From NCBI GenBank assembly GCA_964637755.1, contig CAZWXA010000032.1:1-17455 (forward strand): a stretch of 17,455 bases of DNA. The letters run 5' to 3'. The notes under the pieces were generated by a model, which saw only the letters and a program-made list of their open reading frames with translations, was not told where the DNA came from and did no database searches. Of the stretch, positions 7,857-15,152 are shown one piece after another. How positions within the stretch are numbered: position 1 is the stretch's first letter; every line of letters begins with the position of its first letter. This DNA comes from an uncultured bacterium. Its GTDB lineage: Bacteria > Methylomirabilota > Methylomirabilia > Rokubacteriales > CSP1-6. A program made the translations under genes and the position numbers.

Positions 7857-8921
7857 ATGGACCCGCGAGGCGAGGACTCCCGAGGGGAATCCGCAGGCGG
7901 GACGCCGGACGCCGCTGGCGCCGGGGGGCCGGCGTCCAGGGGGCCGGAGACCGGCCACCCGGTGCCGGGGACTCCGGAGGCCGGGCGGCGCTCGCGGCTG
8001 ACCCGCTACGTCTCCGGCCGCAGTGGCCGATGGCTCGCCGGGCTCGGCGCCCTGGTCGTCGCGGGCTACCTGCTGACCGGCGTCTTCACGGTGGCCGCGG
8101 ACCAGCAAGCGGTGGTGCGCCGGTTCGGGCGGGTCGTGGGCCGCCTCGGACCCGGCATCCACTACCGCTTCCCCCGGCCCGTGGATCGGGTCGACGTTCT
8201 CCGCACCACCACCGTCATGAAGACCGGCGTCGGGTTCGAGCTGCCGGAGGGCGAGGGGCAAACCGTGACCGGCATGGAGATCATGACCGGCGACACCAAC
8301 ATCATCAGCGTGGCACTGGCGCTCCAGTACGTCGTCCGCAACCCGGCCGCGTTCCTCTTCGAGGTCGAGAACCCGCCGGCCCTCATCGGCAGCGTGGCCG
8401 AGTCGGTGCTGACGGAGACCGTTCTCGGCATGCCCGTCGACGAGGTCCTCACCACCGGGCGCCTGGCGATCCAGGATCGCGTCAAGGTCCGCACCCAGGC
8501 GATCCTCGACCGCTACGGCAGCGGTGTCCTGCTCACCTCCGCCAGCATCATGGCGATCACCCTCGACAGCTCGGTGGCCCAGGCCTTCCAGGACGTCGCC
8601 AACGCGGGCGCCGATCGCGAGCGCAAGATCAACGAAGGCCGCGCCTACGCCAACGACCTCCTGCCCAGGGCGCGGGGCGAGGCCCGCTCGACGGTGCTCG
8701 CCGCCCAGAGTTACCGGGATCAGCGGGTCGCAGAGGCCGTCGGCAACACCACGCGCTTCCTCGACCTGCTCGCCGAGTACGCGAAGGCGCCCGAGGTCAC
8801 CCGGACGCGCCTCTACTTCGAGGCGATGGAGAAGATCCTGCCCCGGGTGAAGAAGTACGTCATCGATTCCGAGCACGGCCAGAAGCCGGTCAATCTCCGC
8901 CTCAGCCCGCCTCAGCCGTGA
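7857..8921 (+). CDS. hflK: HflK (SPFH/band-7 protease-modulator subunit).
   Basis: ATG lies 3 nt after the hflC stop, with GGGGAAG as RBS. A disordered N-terminal tail is followed by a TM helix (LAGLGALVVAGYLLTGVF) and an SPFH domain. The segment ...NEGRAYANDLLPRARGEARSTVLAAQSYRD...RFLDLLAEYAKAPEVTRTRLYFEAMEKILP closely matches E. coli HflK (YANDILPRARGDA...ERLYIETMEKVL). Confidence 0.85.
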   Translation: MDPRGEDSRGESAGGTPDAAGAGGPASRGPETGHPVPGTPEAGRRSRLTRYVSGRSGRWLAGLGALVVAGYLLTGVFTVAADQQAVVRRFGRVVGRLGPGIHYRFPRPVDRVDVLRTTTVMKTGVGFELPEGEGQTVTGMEIMTGDTNIISVALALQYVVRNPAAFLFEVENPPALIGSVAESVLTETVLGMPVDEVLTTGRLAIQDRVKVRTQAILDRYGSGVLLTSASIMAITLDSSVAQAFQDVANAGADRERKINEGRAYANDLLPRARGEARSTVLAAQSYRDQRVAEAVGNTTRFLDLLAEYAKAPEVTRTRLYFEAMEKILPRVKKYVIDSEHGQKPVNLRLSPPQP

Positions 8922-9051
8922 CCCTGCGACATGAGTCGGGGCGCATTCCGCGAAGAGGTCAAGACGAGGGCTTCGCCCGCGCCGGCCAGGCGGCCGTGTC
9001 AAAGCCTTCAGGCAGGCGGCTGAAGTCGCGCGGGATGCTGGCCGGTGGCGA

Positions 9052-9057
9052 TAGAAT
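9052..9057 (+). promoter_or_regulatory. Candidate -10 hexamer TAGAAT, positioned to make the small ORF transcript leaderless.
   Basis: TAGAAT ends 7 nt before ATG 9065. There is no convincing -35 and no SD between them. This is speculative. Confidence 0.25.
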
Positions 9058-9064
9058 CGAAGCG

Positions 9065-9289
9065 ATGCCCGACGAGTCGTCCGACCAAGCCGCCGAGCGG
9101 CTGCGCCTCGCGCTCGAGCTGTGCGCGGTCGGGGAAGCGATGATGCGCCAGCGACTCCGGCGCGAGCATCCCGATGCCGACGAGCCGGAGATCGAGCGCC
9201 GCCTGACGGAATGGTTTCTGGAGCGGCCCGGTGCCGAGGGCGGTGATGCCGTCGGCAGGCCGGTGTCGTGGCCGCGCCCGGATCGCTGA
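9065..9289 (+). CDS. Small hypothetical protein (~74 aa), a putative cognate partner (antitoxin-like) of the downstream nucleotidyltransferase.
   Basis: MPDESSDQAAERLRLALELCAVGEAMMRQRLRREHPDADEPEIERRLTEWFLERPGAEGG... is predicted helical and charged. The ORF overlaps the next gene by 22 nt. An alternative ATG exists at 9035. The rest of ORF 8030..9289 is an out-of-frame shadow of hflK. Confidence 0.5.
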   Translation: MPDESSDQAAERLRLALELCAVGEAMMRQRLRREHPDADEPEIERRLTEWFLERPGAEGGDAVGRPVSWPRPDR

Positions 9290-9885
9290 GCCGGGTCGAA
9301 ACCGCTCTCAAGCGGATCCAGGGCGACCTCGAGGGCCTCGACCGTCGCTGGGCGCTCCTGGGTGGCCTGGCGGTCTCGGCCCGGGCGGAACCGAGATTCA
9401 CGCGCGACGCGGACCTTGCGGTCCTCGTGGCCGATGACCGTGACGCTAAGCGGCTCGTGCTCGTGCTTCGGGATCGCGGCTACCGGGTCATCTCGGCGAT
9501 GGAGCAGGAGGCGACCGGGCGCCTGGCCGCGGTCCGGCTGGCGCCGCCGGGCGAGATAGAGCAGGGTGTGGTTGTCGACCTCCTGTTCGGGTCATCGGGG
9601 ATCGAGCCGGAAATCGTCATGGCGGCGGAGCCGCTCGAGATCCTGCCCGGGCTCCGCGTTCCCGTCGCTCGACTTGGCCATCTGCTCGGGCTCAAGCTGC
9701 TCGCGCGCGACGACCGCACTCGGCCGCAGGACCGCGCCGATCTCGTCGCCCTCCTCGCCCGGGCGGATCGGGCGGCGATCGATCTGGCTCGGAACGCGCT
9801 CACGCTGATCACGAACCGCGGCTTCCATCGCGGGCGGGACTTGCTCGCCGATCTCGACTCACTGATCGCCCAGGGGAGCGGGTAG
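9268..9885 (+). CDS. Nucleotidyltransferase-fold protein, AbiEii/MNT-like (type IV TA toxin-like family).
   Basis: LLGGLAVSARAEPRFTRDADLAV fits the GG[ST]A..R.T.D.D(l) nucleotidyltransferase signature. It is followed by VVVDLLFGSSGIEPEIV...LPGLRVPVARLGHLLGLKLLARDDRTRPQDRADLVAL. The GTG start overlaps the upstream small ORF. Confidence 0.55.
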   Translation: MAAPGSLSRVETALKRIQGDLEGLDRRWALLGGLAVSARAEPRFTRDADLAVLVADDRDAKRLVLVLRDRGYRVISAMEQEATGRLAAVRLAPPGEIEQGVVVDLLFGSSGIEPEIVMAAEPLEILPGLRVPVARLGHLLGLKLLARDDRTRPQDRADLVALLARADRAAIDLARNALTLITNRGFHRGRDLLADLDSLIAQGSG

Positions 9886-10036
9886 GCGGAGGCACCGAAT
9901 ACGAGCCGAGCCCTCGGCGCCACCGCGAGAGCCTGACCACGCGCGTTCCGGAGCATCGGAAGACTCGACGTCCGAGAGGGGCCCCCTCGCCCCGGTGAGG
10001 CCACGGCACCGCCAGGCTGCCCGCCCGGGCAATCAC

Positions 10037-10061
10037 TTGACTTCCGGGAGGGTTTCCCGGA
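10037..10061 (+). promoter_or_regulatory. TTGACT hexamer followed by the inverted repeat TCCGGGA-N5-TCCCGGA. This is a candidate promoter/operator of the U32 operon.
   Basis: TTGACT lies at 10037..10042 and the IR arms at 10043..10049 and 10055..10061, about 15 nt upstream of the U32 start. No clear -10 is present. Confidence 0.25.
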
Positions 10062-10075
10062 GCCTGGCAACGACG

Positions 10076-10984
10076 ATGGCGACGCTGCTCGCGCCCGCGG
10101 GAAGCCCGGAAGCCCTGGAAGCCGCCCTCGATGCCGGCGCCGATGCGGTGTACGTGGGCTTGAAGGGCTTCAGCCGGGGCGGGGCCCGGGGCGAGCTCGA
10201 CTGGGACGAGCTGGCCCGGGGCGCTGGGCTCTCGGCCAGCCGGGGAGCGGAGACCCAGGTCGCTCTCAACACCATCCCCAGGCCGGGGGAGCGCGCCCGG
10301 CTCCTCGATCAGGTCCCCCGCCTGCTCGCCCTGGGCGTGCGGACCCTGATCGTCAACGACCCGGGAATCCTGGCGGCGCTCCGCCGCGAGTTTCCCGGGC
10401 TCGCGCTGACGGCCAGCATCGGCTGCGGCGCCCAGACCGAGGCGGACGTGGCGTTCTTCAGGGAGATCGGGGCCGGCGCGGTGGTGCTGCCGGGGACGAT
10501 CGGCCCCGCCGAGGCGGAGGCCTGCTGCCGGGTGCGAGGGATCGCCGTCGAGATCATGCTGCACATGGTCGAGGAGTTCGTGCTCCTCGGGAAGTGCTGG
10601 ATGCCGAGCTACGTCCATCTGAAACCCACGGCGATGCCCGGAGCGGGCGAGGGGGCGCTGCGCCAGACCGGCAGCATGAAGCGCGGCGGCGTCGGCGCGT
10701 GCTTCAGGATTTGCCAGGAGCCCTGGCGGCTTGAGAATGCCCGCGGACTGACGGCGGAAGTGACGTTTCCGAGCCGGCAGCTCAGCCGGCTCGACGACGT
10801 GCGGGGATACCTGTCGGCCGGTGTCGCGGTGCTGAAGCTCCAGGGCCGGAGCCTCCCGCCGCACCTGCTCGGCCCGCTGGTGGCACGATACCGCCGCGCG
10901 ATCGACGCCGCGCTCGGACAGGAGCCCCCCCCCGACTTTCCGGAGCCGGCGCTCCTCCCGTCGTGGACCGTGGTGGGACGTTGA
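10076..10984 (+). CDS. Peptidase U32 family protein (paralog 1; UbiU-like with a variant Cys pattern).
   Basis: MATLLAPAGSPEALEAALDAGADAVYVGLKGF is the hallmark U32 N-terminus. The Cys-containing blocks are SIGCGAQ, EACCRV, LLGKCWMPSY and GACFRICQEP. The terminal LKLQGRS motif is present. A TTG at 10037 is an alternative start. Confidence 0.8.
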   Translation: MATLLAPAGSPEALEAALDAGADAVYVGLKGFSRGGARGELDWDELARGAGLSASRGAETQVALNTIPRPGERARLLDQVPRLLALGVRTLIVNDPGILAALRREFPGLALTASIGCGAQTEADVAFFREIGAGAVVLPGTIGPAEAEACCRVRGIAVEIMLHMVEEFVLLGKCWMPSYVHLKPTAMPGAGEGALRQTGSMKRGGVGACFRICQEPWRLENARGLTAEVTFPSRQLSRLDDVRGYLSAGVAVLKLQGRSLPPHLLGPLVARYRRAIDAALGQEPPPDFPEPALLPSWTVVGR

Positions 10985-11934
10985 CCGCATTCGAGCTCAA
11001 CACCTCGATCTCGAACCTCGGAGACCTGCGCGCCTCCGATCTCGGTCCCTATGATGCCGTCTACCTCGGCAACATCTTCTGCCGGCTCTACGAGGCGAAC
11101 TTCCTCGAGCGGCCGGCGGACCTCGGGGAGGGCCTGCGCATCGTGCGGGATCAGGGCAAACGCGCCTACCTGACCACCTACGCCGCGCCGCGCAACGACT
11201 TCCTGCCCCGGCTGCGGAAGGTGCTCGAGACGGCGGCGGCCGAGGGGGCGGAGGCGGTCGAGGTGCACAACCTCGGCGTCCTCAAGATCGTTCACGACGA
11301 GTTCCCGGGGCTGCCGGTCCACGTGGGGGGCTTCGCCAACGTGTACACCGACGCGGGCGCCGAGGTCCTCAAGGGCTTCGGAGCGGCGCGCATCACCCCC
11401 AACTACGAGCTCCACCTCGACGAGGTCGACCAGATCGCGCGCGACTGCGGGATCGCCATGGAGCTGCTGGTCCACGGGAAGATGCCGCTCGGCGTCTCCG
11501 ACTATTGCTTCCTGCTCGAGTACGAGGACAAGTGGGGCATCAGGTGCCCGGACCTCTGCCAGCAGGACCTCTTCCTCCGCAAGGAGGACTGGGGCATGAA
11601 GTCCGTCGGCAAGGGCGTGCTGAGCGGCAAGGACGTCTGCATGCTCGACCACCTGGCTCGCCTGCTCGGCGGCGGCCACCGCCATTTCAGGATCGAGGCA
11701 GTCTCGGAGACTCCCGCGTATCGCCACGAGGTCGGCCGGGTCTACCGGGAGGCGCTTGGGCAGGCGCTGTCCGGCGAGTACCGGCAGGACGAGACGTGGT
11801 GGGAGACCGTGCGGAGGCACTCGCGGCTCGGCCTCTGCAACGGCTTCTACTTCGGGACGAGCGGCATGGATTACCTGGGTGCCGGACCGGGCGCCGCGGC
11901 CGCCTTCCTCCAGATGCCGCGGCCGGACCCATGA
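10963..11934 (+). CDS. Peptidase U32 family protein (paralog 2; UbiV-like).
   Basis: YDAVYLGNIFCRLYE is similar to UbiV ADVIYLGEAVCSKR. SDYCFLLEYEDKWGIRCPDLCQQD gives C-x12-C-x3-C, the same pattern as the UbiV Fe-S ligands. A GTG at 10963 (22-nt overlap) or a TTG at 10981 (TTGA overlap) indicates coupling to paralog 1. Confidence 0.8.
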   Translation: MDRGGTLTAFELNTSISNLGDLRASDLGPYDAVYLGNIFCRLYEANFLERPADLGEGLRIVRDQGKRAYLTTYAAPRNDFLPRLRKVLETAAAEGAEAVEVHNLGVLKIVHDEFPGLPVHVGGFANVYTDAGAEVLKGFGAARITPNYELHLDEVDQIARDCGIAMELLVHGKMPLGVSDYCFLLEYEDKWGIRCPDLCQQDLFLRKEDWGMKSVGKGVLSGKDVCMLDHLARLLGGGHRHFRIEAVSETPAYRHEVGRVYREALGQALSGEYRQDETWWETVRRHSRLGLCNGFYFGTSGMDYLGAGPGAAAAFLQMPRPDP

Positions 11935-12021
11935 CCGGAGCCGCTCGACCATGCACCGCTCGCGACGCGGGCGTTCGCACCCGCGTCGGACCTCGGGCCG
12001 CCAGCCGGGCGGCGGGCTGAC

Positions 12022-12032
12022 AGGAGAAGGGG
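12022..12032 (+). promoter_or_regulatory. Shine-Dalgarno AGGAGAAGGGG for U32 paralog 3.
   Basis: A purine-rich SD ends 6 nt before ATG 12039. Confidence 0.65.
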
Positions 12033-12038
12033 AATACC

Positions 12039-12998
12039 ATGCTCGAGTTGCTCGCTCCCGCCGGAAGCATCGCGATGGTGGAGGCGGTCGTGGCCAGCGG
12101 CGCCGACGCGGTCTACGTGGGGCCGCGCGGCTGGAGCCGCCGGCGTGACGCCTACGAGCTGGACGACGGGGACGTCAGGCGGTCCATCGAGATCTGCCAC
12201 GCCGGCGGTGCCCGGTGCCGCATCGCCGTCAACACGAACATGCAGTCGCGCGAGATCCCGCCGATGCTCGAGAAGATGGAGCGCTTCGTCGAGTGGGGGG
12301 CGGATGGCGCCATCCTCACGGACATCGGGGCGATCGCGGCGATCCACCGGCGCTTCCCCGCGCTGACGATCCACGCGAGCATCGGCGCCAACATCCTGAA
12401 CGACGAGGACGTGCGCTTCTACCGGTCGCTCGGCGTCTCCCAGGTGGTGGCGGACACGAAGCTCACGCTCCGGGAGCTGGCCTCGCGCAAGGAGCAGATC
12501 GACGTCGGAATCGAGGTGCTGATCCACGCCAACAAGTGCTACACATACCTCGGCAAGTGCTGGATGTCGCCCTATCACCACCTCGAGCGCACGACCGACG
12601 CCTCGGGCAAGGACCTCTTCAAGGGGAGCCCGAACCGCGGCGGTCTCGACTACCGGGTGTGCCTGGAGGCGTGGGAGCTGTACAGCGGGGACCGGCGCCG
12701 GGAGCCGCGCGTCGCCCTCAAGAACGACGCGTTCTTCCTGCTCGAGGACATCCCGCGGCTGATCGACCTGGGCGTCCACTGCCTGAAGGTCCAGGGCCGC
12801 GAGTACCCCGTCGACCTCGTGGGCCGGATGGTCCGGTTCTACCGCGACCTGATCGACGCCTACACCGCTCACCTGGAGGACCGGCCGTTCGATCTCGGGC
12901 CCTGGCGCGAGCGCCTGGCCTCGGTCGAGACGGCCCGTGACGGTGTCCGCACCGAGGGGACACGGCTCCTCTTGGTCGAGGCGCGCCGGCCTGCCTGA
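12039..12998 (+). CDS. Peptidase U32 family protein (paralog 3; UbiU-like).
   Basis: MLELLAPAGSIAMVEAVVASGADAVYVGPRGWS is the U32 N-terminus. HANKCYTYLGKCWMSPY gives C-x6-C as in UbiU (SLCIMSEGRCYLSSY), followed by YRVCLEAWE. The block HCLKVQGREYPVDLVGRMVRFYRDLID resembles UbiU KIEGRQRSPAYVSQVAKVWRQAID. Confidence 0.85.
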   Translation: MLELLAPAGSIAMVEAVVASGADAVYVGPRGWSRRRDAYELDDGDVRRSIEICHAGGARCRIAVNTNMQSREIPPMLEKMERFVEWGADGAILTDIGAIAAIHRRFPALTIHASIGANILNDEDVRFYRSLGVSQVVADTKLTLRELASRKEQIDVGIEVLIHANKCYTYLGKCWMSPYHHLERTTDASGKDLFKGSPNRGGLDYRVCLEAWELYSGDRRREPRVALKNDAFFLLEDIPRLIDLGVHCLKVQGREYPVDLVGRMVRFYRDLIDAYTAHLEDRPFDLGPWRERLASVETARDGVRTEGTRLLLVEARRPA

Positions 12999-13024
12999 GC
13001 CCTTCTCCGCCTCGATCGGCGGAC

Positions 13025-13059
13025 TGCGTGAGTGCGGTTCCCTGACTTGCGTGAGTGCG
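13025..13059. repeat. 12-bp direct repeat TGCGTGAGTGCG occurring twice, with a 23-bp period.
   Basis: Copies lie at 13025..13036 and 13048..13059, in the convergent intergenic space between U32 paralog 3 and the cytochrome c gene. Confidence 0.6.
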
Positions 13060-13063
13060 CTGC

Positions 13064-13082
13064 CGGCCGAGCCGGTCGGCCG
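13064..13082. terminator. GC hairpin (CGGCCGA-GCCGG-TCGGCCG) between convergent genes, a possible bidirectional terminator.
   Basis: A 7-bp perfect inverted repeat with a 5-nt loop. No U-tract is present, which is common in high-GC genomes. Confidence 0.3.
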
Positions 13083-13098
13083 ACGGGAGGTCGCGGCG

Positions 13099-13614
13099 CT
13101 ACTTCGCTGCCGCGTCCTTGAATGTCCGCACGTATTCCGTAAGCTGCCACCGCCTCTCTTCCGGCAGGAACATGCCCCAGGCCGGCATGCCGCCCCACCC
13201 GTTGCTGATCTTCCAGAACAGCTCGCCCTCCGTCTGCGCCTGGACGATCGGCGCGCCGATGTTGACTGCGGGAACGCCCTGCTTGAGGACCACGTATCCC
13301 TTGCCGTCGCCCGCTGGCCCGTGGCATCCGTCGCAGTAGATCTCGTAGGTGGTCTTGCCGGCCTGGATCACGTTGGGCGTGATCGGGAACGGCGGCTTCA
13401 GCTCCTTCGCCTCCGGCGGTGCCACCCAGCGCGTGATCAGGCACTTCGCATAGGCCTGGGCGAGCTCGGCGTTGTGGCAGGCGGTGCAGGCCAGGATCGG
13501 CTTGGCGCAATCCACCTCCCTGGCCGGAGTGTCCTGGGCGCGGCTCGCCGCCGCCGCCGACAGGGCGAGCACGGCCACCGCTGCCCCGACGATCCATCGA
13601 CCTCGACGTGTCAT
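13099..13614 (-). CDS. Di-haem c-type cytochrome with a signal peptide.
   Basis: Two CxxCH motifs (CTACH, CDGCH). The N-terminus MTRRGRWIVGAAVAVLALSAAAASRAQD is a signal peptide. The strong RBS AGGGGGAA lies 5-6 nt upstream of the start, on the minus strand at 13618..13625. Confidence 0.8.
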   Translation of the reverse strand: MTRRGRWIVGAAVAVLALSAAAASRAQDTPAREVDCAKPILACTACHNAELAQAYAKCLITRWVAPPEAKELKPPFPITPNVIQAGKTTYEIYCDGCHGPAGDGKGYVVLKQGVPAVNIGAPIVQAQTEGELFWKISNGWGGMPAWGMFLPEERRWQLTEYVRTFKDAAAK

Positions 13615-13738
13615 AAGTTCCCCCTTTGGCGGACCCTCGGGCCGCGCCGTCGCGAATTCGCGCGCCGGCGCCGGACGGTCGGCGCAGGCGCCAGTCTGCA
13701 CCCGCGGGCGCGCCCGCGAACATGATGTGGATCATAGC

Positions 13739-14495
13739 TCAGGCGCGGCGCCGCCGGCGCCAGCGTCGGGCGTCGCCCCAGACGGCGCCGAGGACCGCGA
13801 GCACCATGACCGGACCCGTGTCGATTATGAACAGCGCGCGGCGCCGGGTGGCCCGCAGCCCTTCCGCCTCGTCCCGGATGGTGGCGAGGTGCCCGAGCCC
13901 GTCCGCGTACGGAATGGAAGAAGACGGCCAGGCGCTTGAGGCCCGGCACGACCTCGAGGAAGCCCACGAGCCGCCGCCGCGTGGCCTCGGCGTCGGCGCT
14001 GGCGACCCCGGTGAGAGCCCCACCGGCTCCAGGAGCGAGGCCACGAGCTTGCTCGCGACCGGATCCGCCACGGGACAGAAGACGACCGGGGTGCTCGGGG
14101 CGAGCTGGTGCGCGGTGTGTGTCGCCTGACCGAACACCGCGACGATCGCGTCCACCCCCTCGTGGACGGCGGCCGCGACGATTGCCCTGGCCTCGTCGGG
14201 GGCGCGGGCGCGGACGTCGACTCGGACCTGCGAGGCGTCGCTGAAGCCACCGGCCTGGAGCCCTTCCGAGACGCCGGCCACCCGCGTGCCGTAGCTGTCG
14301 GGGGGGCCGACGACGAGCACGCGAGGGGACCGGCCCGGCGACAGCCCCTCGCGCCGGGAGCGTCGCGGCGAGAGCGGTGATGGCGAGCCCGGCGAGCGCC
14401 CGGACAGCGCCGGCACCTCGTCCAGCGTGGCGTCGGGGTGGTAGCGGATGCCTCCCTTGCTCGGGCCTCGCGCCGTCGAGTGGCAGACGCGCCAT
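13739..14495 (-). pseudogene. Frameshifted remnant of an ABC-transporter substrate-binding protein (ABC_sub_bind/PF04392-like).
   Basis: In minus frame A: [27 protein letters not shown]...[60 protein letters not shown]. Around 14040 the match continues in a different frame: [35 protein letters not shown]. It then returns to frame A and ends at a stop at 13739. A possible signal-peptide-like stretch ([17 protein letters not shown]) sits in a third frame. At least two frame changes are required. Sequencing error cannot be excluded. Confidence 0.4.
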
Positions 14496-15139
14496 CTCAC
14501 CACATCTCCCTTGCGGAATCGCCCCGGCGCGGTGGCATGGCCCGGGGCCGGATGACCCGCGTCATGGCAACGCACCGGGAGACCATCGGGGCAGTTGCTG
14601 CCTTCCTCGAACTCGACAGCGACGCCGGACTCCCGTAGCGCCCGACGCGGTCTGGACCCCGGCCCCGTCGGGAAAGGGGGGCGTGCCGAATCCGCCGCAG
14701 GGGGTGCACGAGGGCCGCAGGGACGTCGCTGGGCCGGCCGGCTTCCGCGGCCGCACATCGCGTTGCGGTGGATGGCGCACTGGCCTCGGTCGGGCCTCGG
14801 GAAGTGGTGGCCCGTTGCGGATCGCCATCTGATATGCTGCGTCTGCGTCGCCTCCGGCTGGCTGCGGCCGCCTGGCGGCTGGGGAGCACGCGGCGGGCCT
14901 GTCCCCTCCGATACCCGGCGAGGCTGGGTGTCCGGGGCGCCAAGGGACCGCTCGAGCCAGGAGGGCCAACGGCGTGGGAGCCAGCGCAGTGTGGGAGCGT
15001 GAGAGCCTGGGGTGCGAGAGCGCCGCCCCTCTATCGCGACGGGCCGGCAAGGTGGAGCGACTGGCGCCGGAGGCGAGGGCGCCACCGGGTGGCCGCGACG
15101 TATCCCAGGAGTCTCTAATCTAATCTCTAAACGTTGCCA

Positions 15140-15146
15140 GGGGGAG
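15140..15146 (+). promoter_or_regulatory. Shine-Dalgarno GGGGAGG for the amidohydrolase gene, preceded by the AT-rich patch TCTCTAATCTAATCTCTAAACGTT (15112..15135).
   Basis: The SD ends 6 nt before ATG 15153. The AT-rich patch carries the overlapping repeat TCTAATC/TAATCTC. It is the only AT-rich element in about 1 kb and is a candidate promoter or operator. Confidence 0.55.
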
Positions 15147-15152
15147 GCAGGG

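Noticed and set aside
8030-9064. The 5' portion of + ORF 8030..9289.
   Set aside because: It is out of frame inside hflK. Only the last ~75 codons, from ATG 9065, form a plausible independent small gene.
6537-9401. 954-aa minus-strand ORF, the longest in the window.
   Set aside because: It runs antisense across hflC, hflK and the TA-like pair and is Arg/Pro/Gly-dominated junk. Length alone is meaningless at ~70% GC.
9809-12872. Long minus-strand ORFs 9809..10990, 10609..11952 and 11871..12872.
   Set aside because: They are antisense to the three U32 genes. The U32 motifs (ELLAPAGS, Cys clusters) are unambiguous on the + strand.
13099-13614. Twin-arginine signal on the cytochrome c (MTRRGRW).
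   Set aside because: It lacks the S/T-RR-x-F-L-K consensus. c-type cytochromes are exported unfolded via Sec, so an ordinary Sec signal is more likely.
14377-15118. + strand ORFs 14377..14832, 14595..15002 and 14768..15118 in the decayed region.
   Set aside because: They overlap mutually in different frames and are Arg/Gly/Pro-rich with no motifs. They are treated as non-coding or decayed DNA.
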